A stretch of 64,000 nucleotides of DNA from Candidatus Latescibacterota bacterium. GTDB lineage: Bacteria > Latescibacterota > UBA2968 > UBA8231. The position numbers and the translations under genes were made by a program. The notes under the pieces were generated by a model. That model searched no databases. It was not told the origin of the DNA and was given only the letters and a program-made list of their open reading frames with translations. Positions within the stretch are counted from its first letter, which is position 1. Each line of letters starts with the position of its first letter. Where the stretch lies: assembly GCA_964291625.2 (NCBI GenBank), contig OZ220090.1, forward strand, positions 384,001 to 448,000, given 5' to 3'. Below are positions 20,755-30,812 of the stretch, piece by piece.

Positions 20755-22187
20755 AATCGCCAAACGTCCGGGAATTGAAGCCGTATCCGGAAATGAAGGA
20801 CTCTGGCGTCGAGTGGCTCGGGGAAGTGCCTGCGCATTGGGAGGTCAAACCCAACCGCACCCTCTTTGATGAGGTAAGGGAGCGAGGTCGACCAGAAGAA
20901 CCGATGCTATCAGTAACGATCAAACGGGGTGTCATACGCCAGAGTGACCTCCTGGAGAATGCATCAAAGAAGGATGGTTCAAACCTGGACAAATCGGCCT
21001 ACAAACTGGTCAAACCTGGGGACATCGCATACAACAAGATGAGAGCATGGCAAGGTGCGGTGGGGGCGTCTGAGTATCGAGGCATCGTTAGTCCTGCCTA
21101 CGTTGTTGAGCGTCCACGCAATGGAGTCAGCTCTGGCTTCCTCCATTACTTGCTTCGGATGCCCGGTTTCGCAAAAGAGGCCGAACGCTGGTCATACGGG
21201 ATTACATCGGACATGTGGAGCCTACGGCCTGAACACTTCAAGATGATCTACGCATGCCTTCCTCCTTCCATCGAACAAACCGCCATCGTCCGCTTCCTCG
21301 ACCACGCCGACCGACGCATCCGGCGCTACATCCGCGCCAAGCAGAAGCTGATTGCGCTGCTGGAGGAGCAGAAGCAGGCCATCATCCACCAAGCCGTTAT
21401 AGGCCAGATGGACCTCCGGACTGGACGCCCCTATCCGTCGTACAAGGACTCAGGCGTGGAGTGGTTAGGCGACTTGCCTGATCATTGGGAAGTGAGACGG
21501 ATAGGCAGTCTTGCCAAAGTAGGTAATGGCTCGACACCTGCTCGCAGTAATCAAGCATATTGGAGTGACGGTTCGTATCCCTGGCTGAACAGTTCCAGCG
21601 TGAACCAGGGTAGGATAACGGAGGCTGACCAGTTCGTAACAGAGACAGCGCTTCGAGAGTGCCATTTGCCGAGAGTCCCTGCGGACAGCGTGCTTGTTGG
21701 AATCACCGGGCAGGGAAAGACGCGGGGTATGGCCGCAGTGTTGGCGATTGAAGTGACGATCAACCAGCATTTGGCGTACATAACACCAAGAGCCGGCAGG
21801 GCGTGGTTGACCTCCGGCTATCTTCACATGTGCCTCACTGCGGCGTATACAGAGTTGCGCGCAATCAGCAGCGCTTCCGGCAGCACTAAGGGTGCCCTGA
21901 CATGCGAGGACATCAAGTCCTTCAGCGTTCCACTGCCTCCGATGGAGGAACAAGAAGCGGTGCTCTTGTCGATCAGGAGGAGTCTTACCCCTCTAGAGAA
22001 CTGTGTGGACCTAGCGCAGCGCCAGATTGAACTTCTGAAGGGGTACCGCGCCCGCCTCATCGCGGATGTCGTCACCGGCAAGCTCGATGTGCGCGGGGCG
22101 GCGGCTGGGTTGCCTTCGGAAGACATCCCCGGGGACCTCGATAAGCCAGCGGAAGAGGACGGAGTCGACAGAGAGATAGCCGTATGA
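20751..22187 (+). CDS. hsdS: Type I R-M specificity subunit
   Basis: Duplicated conserved region KDSGVEWLG-x-x-P-x-HWEV, two AT-richer TRDs, PPxxEQ motifs, LIADVVTGKLDVR end. Confidence 0.95.
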   Translation: MKSPNVRELKPYPEMKDSGVEWLGEVPAHWEVKPNRTLFDEVRERGRPEEPMLSVTIKRGVIRQSDLLENASKKDGSNLDKSAYKLVKPGDIAYNKMRAWQGAVGASEYRGIVSPAYVVERPRNGVSSGFLHYLLRMPGFAKEAERWSYGITSDMWSLRPEHFKMIYACLPPSIEQTAIVRFLDHADRRIRRYIRAKQKLIALLEEQKQAIIHQAVIGQMDLRTGRPYPSYKDSGVEWLGDLPDHWEVRRIGSLAKVGNGSTPARSNQAYWSDGSYPWLNSSSVNQGRITEADQFVTETALRECHLPRVPADSVLVGITGQGKTRGMAAVLAIEVTINQHLAYITPRAGRAWLTSGYLHMCLTAAYTELRAISSASGSTKGALTCEDIKSFSVPLPPMEEQEAVLLSIRRSLTPLENCVDLAQRQIELLKGYRARLIADVVTGKLDVRGAAAGLPSEDIPGDLDKPAEEDGVDREIAV

Positions 22188-22241
22188 CGCTCGGCCAGCC
22201 GAGCCATCCCTATTATGTTTCCATCGCAAAGGAGGCAACGC

Positions 22242-22759
22242 ATGACAGACGGGAGCAAGTGGCGTGCGGTGGAGAGCGTGCCCGGCCGACTCAGCGGGGC
22301 CTGGGTTTTCGGGGGCACTCGGCTGCCCGTGTCGGCCCTCTTCGGCAACTGGCGGAGGGCGCGACCGTCCACGACTTCATCGAGTGGTTCGGCGGGGTGG
22401 ACGAAGAACAGATGCGGGATGTAATGAGAGTCACCGTATCCATTGACGAAGAGACCTATCGGCTCGCCCGAGTCCGAGCGGCGGAATTGGACACCTCGGT
22501 GTCAGCCTTGGTACGGGGCTACCTGGAGAGCTTGGTCGAGGACGACGGCTCTGGCGCGACGGCGACCGGTAGCAGAGACGCAGAGAAAGAGGCCAAGCGT
22601 CGGCGTGAGTTGATGAGGCGGGTCTTCCAAGACTTCGACGCCCGTGGCATCGGCCTGAGGATGTCCGATAATAGCCAGGTCCGAGGCTCAGGCGGCGGCC
22701 GCCGCCGAAGTCCAAGACAACCGTGGGTGACCGCCATGGACTCTCTCCAGACTAACTAG
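22242..22759 (+). CDS. DUF433-like domain fused to ribbon-helix-helix antitoxin-like domain; 1-nt frameshift at ~22349
   Basis: PGRLSGAWVFGGTRLPVSALFGN/LAEGATVHDFIEWF (DUF433-like), then MRVTVSIDEETYRLARVRAAELDTSVSALVRGYL (RHH). Confidence 0.65.
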
Positions 22760-22763
22760 CGGA

Positions 22764-25700
22764 ATGCCCACCGACACCACCGAACGCGGCCTCGAGCGCC
22801 TTATCTGCACCACCCTGGCCGGCCATCCCTGTGACGCGCCTCCGGGCCCCACTGTAGGCGAGCCTCCAGCCCCCTACACCGGGTCCGGTTGGAGCGGCGG
22901 GAACTTCCACGACTACGACCGCGAGTACTGCGTCGACCTGGCCCAGCTCTCCGCCTTCCTGCGCGCCACCCAGCCGGAAGCATCCGAGTCCCTGAGCCTG
23001 TCCGAAACCGGCCCGACGCGCCGCCGGTTCCTGGCCCGGCTCCAGGGAGAGATCAGCAAGCGGGGCACCATCGACGTGCTGCGCCACGGCATCCGGCACG
23101 GGGCCCACGATCTCGACCTGTTTTACGGCACGCCCTCGGCCGACAACCCGGAGGCGCAGGAGCGCTTCGGGCAGAACCGCTTTACCGTCACCCGCCAGCT
23201 CCGCTACAGCCGCGACGAGACCCAGCGGGCCCTCGACATCGGGCTGTTCATCAACGGCCTGCCGGTCCTCACCTTCGAGCTGAAGAACAGCCTCACCAAG
23301 CAGACGGTCGACGACGCCGTCCAGCAGTACCAGCGCGACCGCAACCCGCGGGAGAGGCTGTTCGAACTGGGCCGCTGCGTTGCCCACTTCGCCGTGGACG
23401 AGAGCGAGGTCCGGTTCTGCACCCACCTCCGGGGCAAGGCCTCGTGGTTCCTGCCCTTCAACCGGGGCTGGAACGACGGCGCCGGCAACCCGCCCAACGC
23501 CAGCGGCATCAAGGCCGACTACCTGTGGCGCGAGGTGCTGACCCCGGAGAGTCTGACCGACATCCTCGAGAACTACGCCCAGGTGGTGGAGGCGAGGGAC
23601 GAGAAGACGGGCCGGCGGAGCCGGAGCCAGGTCTGGCCGCGCTACCACCAGCTCGACGTGGTGCGCCGCCTGCTCTCGGACGCGGGCGACCGCGGCGCCG
23701 GAGAGCGCTACCTGATCCAGCACTCGGCCGGCAGCGGCAAGAGCAACTCCATCGCCTGGCTGGCCCACCAGTTGATCGGGCTGACGCGGGACGGCGTTCC
23801 CGCCTTCGATTCGATCATCGTCGTCACCGACCGGGTGATCCTGGACCGGCAGATCCGCGACACGATCCGCCAGTACGCCCAAGTCTCGGCGACCGTGGGT
23901 CACGCCGACCGCTCCGGCGACCTGCGCCGGTTCATCGAGAGCGGCAAGAAGATCATCATCTCCACGGTGCAGAAGTTCCCCTTCATCCTCGACGAGATCG
24001 GCAACGAGCAGCGGGGGCGCCGCTTCGCCATCATCATCGACGAGGCCCACTCGAGCCAGGGAGGCCGCGCCAGCTCGGCCATGGCCCGGGCCCTCTCCGA
24101 GGCCGGGGAAGAGGAGGAGGACGAGACTTTCGAGGACCGCATCAACCGCCTCATGGAGTCGCGCAAGCTGCTGCCCAACGCCAGCTACTTCGCCTTTACC
24201 GCCACGCCGAAGAACAAGACCCTGGAGAGATCTTCGGCGCCCCCGACCCGCGGCCCGACGGGGCGGTCCGGCACCACGCCTTCCACAGCTACACCATGAA
24301 GCAGGCGATCCAGGAGGGCTTCATCCTCGACGTGCTCGCCCACTACATGCCGGTGGCCAGCTACTACAGGCTCGCCAAGACCGTGGAGGAGGACCCGGAG
24401 TTCGACGTGAGGAAGGCCCAGAAGAAGCTGCGCCGCTTCGTCGAGGGCAGCGGCCACGCCATCCGGCTCAAGGCCGAGATCATGGTCGACCACTTCCACG
24501 ACCAGGTCCTGGCCCAGGGCAAGGTCGGCGGCCAGGCCCGGGCCATGGTGGTCACCAACGGCGTCGAGCGGGCGATCCAGTACTACCACGCCATCCGCGA
24601 CTACCTCCTGGAGCGCAAGAGCCCCCACCGGGCGATCGTCGCCTTCTCGGGGGAGCACGACTTCGGCGGGGGCCGGGTGACCGAGGCCTCCCTGAACGAA
24701 TTCCCCTCCGGCCGGATCGCCGAGCAGTTCCAGGGGGAGCCATACCGCTTCCTGGTCTGCGCCGACAAGTTCCAGACCGGGTACGACGAGCCCCCCTGCT
24801 GCACACGATGTACGTCGACAAGACGCTCTCCGGTATCAAGGCGGTGCAGACCCTGTCCCGGCTCAACCGGGCCCACCCGAAGAAGCACGACGTCTTTGTC
24901 CTCGACTTCCTCAACGACGAGGAGATCATCAAGCACGCCTTCTCCGACTACTACCGGGCCACGATCCTGGCCGACGAGACCGACCCCGACAAGCTCCACG
25001 ACCTGCAGGCGGACCTGGACGGCGCCCAGGTATACGACCCCGCGCAGGTCGACGACCTGGTCGAGCGCTACCTCGGCGGCGCCGAGCGCGACCAGCTCGA
25101 CCCGATCCTCGACGCCTGCGTGGCGGTCTACCGGAGTCTGGACGAGGACCGGCAGGTCGACTTCAAGGGCCAGGCCAAGGGCTTCGTGCGGACCTACGCC
25201 TTCCTCTCCTCCGTGCTGCCCTACAGCGACGAGGGCTGGGAGAAGCGCTCGATCTTCCTGAACTTCCTGATCCCGAAGCTGCCGGCGCCCGAGGAGGAGG
25301 ACCTGTCGAAGGGGATCCTCGACGCCATCGACCTCGACAGCTACCGGGTGGAGAAGCAGGAGATGAGGAAGATCCTGCTGCCCGACGAGGACGCCGAGGT
25401 CGACCCGGTGCCGGCCGCCGGGGGAGGGCACCGCCCCGAGCAGGAGCTGGACCGGCTGTCGAACATCCTCAGGACCTTCAACGACCACTGGGGCACCGAC
25501 TGGGAGGACGGCGACCGTGTGGGACAGCTGATCACCGAGGTGATACCCTCCAAGGTGGCCGCCGACACCGCCTTCCGGAACGCCCGCCAGAACTCGGACC
25601 GCGAGAACACCCGCATCGAGGGCGACAAGGTGCTGATCCGGGTCATGAACTCGGTGATGAAGGACGACACCCAGTTGTTCAAGAAGTTCATGGACGACCC

Positions 25701-25767
25701 CGGATTCCAGCGCTGGATGGCGGATACGGTCTTCGGGCTTGCGTACGAGCAGGCCCGGGGCCCCTGA
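22764..25767 (+). CDS. hsdR: Type I R-M restriction subunit, two apparent frameshifts (~24226, ~24793)
   Basis: DIGLFINGLPVLTFELKN nuclease motif, QHSAGSGKS, DEAH, FTATP, KFQTGYDEP, QTLSRLNR across three frames; shifts at GAGAGA and CCCCCC. Confidence 0.9.
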
Positions 25768-25778
25768 ACAAGCTGCAC

Positions 25779-26594
25779 GTGGAGCCTGAGCGACAACAAG
25801 GGAGGTCTGCGGCTCCGGACCGTCCCACGCCTCGCGTGAAGGCGTTCTGCGTCGGCCAGGCGAAGTCGGGTACCGCCTCGATAGCAGGACTGCTGTCCGC
25901 CAACTACCGTGTGGCCCATGAGCCCGAACGGGCGGCAACGCTCGACCTGATCCTCCGGCACGGGCGCGGTGAACTCTCGGACATGGCCGTCCGGGAACGT
26001 CTGCGCGAGCGGGATGTCCGGCTCGACCTCGAGTACGACGTGGCATGGGCGAACCAATTCCTCATCCGTCACCTGCTGGTCGTCTTTCCCACCGCGAGAT
26101 TCATCGTGCTGATCCGAGACTGCTACACGTGGCTGCCGTCGATCACCGATCACCTCGCCCTCCGCGATGTGCCCGGTGACGTTCGCGAGTTCATGAAGTG
26201 GTGGTTCAGGCCGGACCAGTATCCGCACGGAGCCGCCGATCGCGTCCTCGAGGCCCGCGGGCTGTTCTCGGTATCGGCCTACCTTCACGCGTGGAACCGG
26301 CATGTCGACTCCTGCATCGGGTCGATTCCAGCCGAACGGCGGTTGGTGCTGCGGACCAACGAGCTCGGTGCCTCACATCGGCGCTTGGCGGGCTTCCTGG
26401 AGATACCCGTCAGCTCTCTCGACGCGGCCCAGGGCCACGTCAACCGCGGTACGCCGATGGAGCCAATAGCATCTGTCGTGGCCCCCGGATACATCGACGA
26501 GATGGTACACTCCATCTGCGGGGTCAACATGGCGCGTTACTTCCCCTCGATAGGAGACAGGCTGCCTCGACCATGCATGGAAGCGCCGCACTGA
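25779..26594 (+). CDS. Sulfotransferase-family P-loop protein
   Basis: 5'-PSB-like FCVGQAKSGTAS; 3'-PB-like FIVLIRDCYTWLPS; LAGFL...HVN C-terminal motif. Confidence 0.75.
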   Translation: MEPERQQGRSAAPDRPTPRVKAFCVGQAKSGTASIAGLLSANYRVAHEPERAATLDLILRHGRGELSDMAVRERLRERDVRLDLEYDVAWANQFLIRHLLVVFPTARFIVLIRDCYTWLPSITDHLALRDVPGDVREFMKWWFRPDQYPHGAADRVLEARGLFSVSAYLHAWNRHVDSCIGSIPAERRLVLRTNELGASHRRLAGFLEIPVSSLDAAQGHVNRGTPMEPIASVVAPGYIDEMVHSICGVNMARYFPSIGDRLPRPCMEAPH

Positions 26595-29058
26595 CCGCTC
26601 AGGTCCGCGCACGGGTGGATGCGGACGAAGAGCTCGATGTCGAGGCCGGACTGTTGGTTCTTGGGGCACTCGAGGGGGACGAGGCGCTGGATCGTGCCCT
26701 GTCGGAGGATGCTGACGCTGCGGAAGCACGACCGGATGCAGAGGCCGATGCGGTCCAGGCCCCTGCGAGACGTGCGTACCTCGACAAGATCTCGGTCCAG
26801 GGGTTTCGCGGTATCGGCTCCGGTTGCGACCTGAAGATCACCCCCGGCCCCGGCCTTACGCTGGTTGTGGGGCGCAACGGCAGCGGCAAGTCGAGCTTCG
26901 CGGAAGCTCTGGAGCTCTTGCTGACCGGCAAGAACCGGCGCTGGGAGGACCGGTCGGCGGTCTGGAAGGAGGGTTGGCGGAACCTGCACTGGTCCGGATC
27001 CGGCGGAGATCGCGGCGACCTTTTCGGTCGAAGAGCGGCCACAGCCGCTTGCCGCAAGACGCGTGTGGGTGGAGGGTGCTGATCTGGATGCCGGCACCGA
27101 TGAGGTGGATGGTGTCCAGGGAGGCCAACTCCCGCGCCGCGGCCCTGGGCTGGGACGAGGCGATCGTCAGTCCTATCGTCCCGTTTCTGCCCTACAACGA
27201 ACTGGGATCGATTCCTGACTCCCGGCCTACGGAGCTCTACGACATGATGTCGGCGGCCCTGGGTCTGGAGGCGCTGGTGGAGGCTCGCCAGCGGTTGCGT
27301 CAGCGGAGACTTGACCGTGGCAAGCGGATTCGTACCGCGGAGGACGAACGGCGAGAGTGGTTCTCCCAGGTCGAGGGACTCGACGATGAACGGGCGCGGA
27401 CCTGCGCCCAGGCAATCAAGAGAGCCAAGTCGACCACATGGGATCTCGACGCGGTGGAACTGATCCTGGAGGGAGCACTCGAACCGGAGGGCGAGGGAGT
27501 AATCGCCCTGCTGGGTGAACTCGCCACCCTCCCCGTTCCGGGCGCCGAAGAAGTGCAGTTGGCGGCAGACGAGTTGCGGGCGGCTACAGAGGCTGTGAGG
27601 TCCGCCGAACGGACCGATGCCGGCCGCGCCCGGCAGACCGCCGACCTGCTCGACCGCGCACTTGTGGTGCACGCCGCACATGGAGATCAACCATGCCCGG
27701 TCTGCGGCTCCGGGGAGTTGACCGTTGAGTGGCGGTCGCGTACGGAGGCCGAAGTGGCACGCTTGCGTACAGAGGCGGGTACGGCGGACCAGGCTCAGAA
27801 GACGCTTGGCAGGGCTCGCCGTGCCGCCCAGGCCCTGGTGGCCGCGCCGCCGGAGATTCTGGGTCGTTCGGACACGGCGGGTCTCGACGCGACCGCCCTG
27901 CAGGAGGCCTGGAGAGGTTGGGCGGGTCTCCGGGAAGCAGCGGATGGCAGCCTGATCGAGCACCTGGCAGAGGAACACCGCAAGCTCGCCGCCACCGCGG
28001 ACTCGTTCCGGGCGCAGGCCGCCGCCGAGTTGGCGCGCCTGGAGGAAGCCTGGCGTCCCCTGGTCGATACCCTGCGCTCCTGGCTGCCAACCGCACGCGA
28101 CGCGGTGCAGGCTTCCCGGGTGGTCCCGTATCTGAGTAGCGCGGAGAAGTGGCTCAACTCGGAGACCGACCTGATCCGGGCCGAACGGTTCGGTCCCATT
28201 GCGAAGCGGGCCTCGGAGGTGTGGGAGACTCTGAGACAGAACAGCAGCGTGACGCTGGATCACCTCAAGCTCGAGGGTTCGGCGACCCAGCGTCATCTCG
28301 TCTTGGACGTCAGCGTCGACGGAACCGACGGGCAGGCCCTCGGAGTGATGAGCCAGGGCGAGATACACGCCCTTGCTCTCAGTCTGTTCCTGCCACGGGT
28401 GCTGCTGCCGGAATCCCCCTTCGGATTCGTCGTGATCGACGATCCGGTGCAGGCGATGGACCCGGGGAAAGTCGACGGTCTGGCGCGCGTGCTCTCCATG
28501 GTGTCCCAGGAGCGGCAGGTCGTCGTCTTCACCCATGACGAACGACTGCCCGAGTCGGTTCGTCGGCTGCAGATTCCGGCACAGGTGGTCGAAGTCACGC
28601 GCCAATCCGGCTCGCAGGTGGCGTGCCGGACCATCGGCGACCCGGTTGCGCAGTACCTGGCCGATGCCCGGGCGCTGCAGCACACCGACGACCTTCCGAC
28701 GGAAGCCGCGGCGCGGGCTTTGCCCCAGTTCTGCCGCCTGGCCATCGAAGCGGCGTGCACGGAGGTCGTCCGCCGCCGACGCATCGGGCGCGGTGAGCCG
28801 CACTCCGACACGGACGAGGTGTTGAACGACGCCCGCACGCTGACCCAGAAACTCGCCCTCGCTCTGTTCGACGACGTCGAGCGCGGAGGAGAGGTGCTGG
28901 CCCGTCTCAACAGGTCCGACTCCAGATGGGCCGATGCAGTCCGGTGGGCGAACCGGGGTGTGCACGGAGCTGCGGGGGGCACGCCGGACCTGGCGTCGAT
29001 GGTCGGGTCCACCGAGCGACTGGCAGGATGGCTCGTCATGCTCGATGGCAACCCATGA
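26573..29058 (+). CDS. SMC/Rad50-like ABC ATPase with coiled coil, CPVC zinc hook and C-terminal HEPN-like domain (RloC-like); several indels at ~27000-27185
   Basis: ISVQGFRGIG; Walker A GRNGSGKS; CPVC at 27694; signature SQGE; Walker B/D-loop VVIDDPVQAMD; FTHD; C-terminal CRLAIE...RWANRGVH. Confidence 0.8.
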
Positions 29059-29432
29059 CTCCCGTCGAGATCATCGATGCGGCCGACGCGCTGGTAGAAC
29101 CCCGCAACAGCAGCCGGGTACAAGGATGGCCGAGGATTGCAGCAGTGCTCTGCCGACATGCGATCGAGGAGGCCCTTCGGCAATACTGGTCCCTGCGCGA
29201 GCCCGGCCTGGACCGCTGCAGCGGACGCGCACAACTGCTGTGCCTCACCGTCTACCTGAGAGACCGCGACCTAGGCCGCGAGACTTTCTCCGCGTGGTCC
29301 GATCTGAGCCGTGCCTGTCACCACCACGCATACGAGCTCGCTCCGACAGCCGAGGAATTGCGGAACTTGCTGGACGTGGCACGGCGGTTCACGTGCGAGG
29401 TTTCGCGCCAGATTGCTGCCCACCGGACGTGA
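29055..29432 (+). CDS. Stand-alone HEPN-like protein
   Basis: ATGA overlap with the ATPase; all-helical 125 aa with CRHAIEEAL and R-x4-H motif RACHHH. Confidence 0.7.
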   Translation: MTPVEIIDAADALVEPRNSSRVQGWPRIAAVLCRHAIEEALRQYWSLREPGLDRCSGRAQLLCLTVYLRDRDLGRETFSAWSDLSRACHHHAYELAPTAEELRNLLDVARRFTCEVSRQIAAHRT

Positions 29433-29587
29433 CTCCCATACGCCTGTCGCCGTGATCCGAGCGGCTCCTCGGCTGATCCACCGCCGCCCCCGCTGGCCCC
29501 CTGCGGTGGCAACGTCGACTGGGCCGACCTCGACGACTGACGGATCGTCGTCGCCTACGAGCAGGCCGGGGCCTCTGAACAGGTGTC

Positions 29588-29616
29588 TTGACACGATCGA
29601 TTTATTGTTGTATATC
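29588..29616 (+). promoter_or_regulatory. Putative sigma70 promoter TTGACA-17bp-TATATC
   Basis: Perfect -35, 17-bp spacer, AT-rich; 19 nt between -10 and ATG 29636; -10 flanked by GTTG/CAAC. Confidence 0.55.
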
Positions 29617-29635
29617 CAACTGTCTGAGAGTGGAT

Positions 29636-30808
29636 ATGCAACAATTCGTGGATCGTCCCCGTTTGCTGGCCGCAGTCTCGGAGGGCCTTCGAGAGGCGCC
29701 GGTCGTCGCCCTGCTGGGCGCTCGGCAGGTTGGCAAGACCACGCTGGCCCGGCAGGTCGCGGCGGCGTGGCCGGGACCGACGAGGGTCCTCGATCTCGAA
29801 GTGGCCGCTGTCCGGGAGGGGCTCGCCCAGACGCCGGAGGCCGTCCTTCGCCATGGCGAAGGCCTGGTAGTCATCGACGAGGTGCAGCGGATGCCGGCCC
29901 TCTTCGAGATCCTGCGCCCGATCTGCGACGATCCGTCGCGCAAGGGGGTCTTTCTCCTGTTGGGCAGCGCTTCGTGGGATCTGATCCGGGGTGTCTCGGA
30001 AACCCTCGCGGGCCGGGTGCTGTTCGTCGATGTCGCCGGCTTCTCGCTCTCGGAGGTCGGTGCCGATCATCAACGTCGGCTGTGGATGCGAGGCGGTTTT
30101 CCGCGCGCCTGGCTGGCTTCGTCCTCCGCCGCATGGGGGCGATGGATGCAGGCCTTCACGCAGACATTCCTGGAGCGCGACATCCCCGGCCTGGGATCAC
30201 GCGTGTCGCCGGCCGCGATCGGTCGGTTCTGGCGGATGCTCGCCCACTCTCACGGTCAGGTCTGGAACGCGTCCTCGCTGGCGCGTTCCATGGACGCCAC
30301 CCCCACCTCCGTGAACCGCTACCGCGACCTGCTGGCCGGCACGTTCATGATTCGCGTCCTGCCGCCGTGGTTCGAGAACCTCGGCAAGCGGCTGGTGAAG
30401 TCGCCGAAGGTGTATCTGCGCGACAGCGGCATCCTGCACTTCCTGCTCGGGCTCGAGGATGCCGACGAGCTGCCGATGCATCCACGGTACGGCGCTAGCT
30501 GGGAAGGATTCGCCCTGGAACAGACCCTGGTCGCCCTCGGTGCTCGCGATGCCTTCTTTTACGCCACCCAGCGCGGCGCGGAGCTGGACCTGATGCTGCT
30601 GCGAAGGGGCAGGCGCTGGGGCTTCGAGTTCAAGTGCACCGACGCGCCCCGCACGACGAAGGCGATGCACATTGCCATCGAAGACCTCGGCCTGGAGCAC
30701 CTGTGGGTCGTCTACCCCGGCCGTCTCCGCTACCCGATCACGGACGGAATTACCGCACTGCCGCTGGCCGAAGTGGACGAGACCACCATCCGTACCTGCC
30801 CGGCGTAA
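29636..30808 (+). CDS. AAA_14 + DUF4143 ATP-binding protein with C-terminal PD-(D/E)xK-like domain
   Basis: GARQVGKT, IDEVQ, LLGSAS, ETLAGR, RGGFP, KSPKVYLRDSG, ELDL...FEFK. Confidence 0.9.
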   Translation: MQQFVDRPRLLAAVSEGLREAPVVALLGARQVGKTTLARQVAAAWPGPTRVLDLEVAAVREGLAQTPEAVLRHGEGLVVIDEVQRMPALFEILRPICDDPSRKGVFLLLGSASWDLIRGVSETLAGRVLFVDVAGFSLSEVGADHQRRLWMRGGFPRAWLASSSAAWGRWMQAFTQTFLERDIPGLGSRVSPAAIGRFWRMLAHSHGQVWNASSLARSMDATPTSVNRYRDLLAGTFMIRVLPPWFENLGKRLVKSPKVYLRDSGILHFLLGLEDADELPMHPRYGASWEGFALEQTLVALGARDAFFYATQRGAELDLMLLRRGRRWGFEFKCTDAPRTTKAMHIAIEDLGLEHLWVVYPGRLRYPITDGITALPLAEVDETTIRTCPA

Positions 30809-30812
30809 CCTC

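Noticed and set aside
20796-21493. Direct repeat within hsdS as a shufflon or phase-variation system
   Set aside because: It is the normal duplicated conserved region of HsdS; no second hsdS, recombinase or inverted repeats.
26573-29432. Calling the ATPase locus SbcCD, Lamassu or Wadjet
   Set aside because: No SbcD/Mre11 phosphoesterase, no LmuA-type effector and no kleisin/KITE genes; the ATPase carries its own HEPN-like tail.
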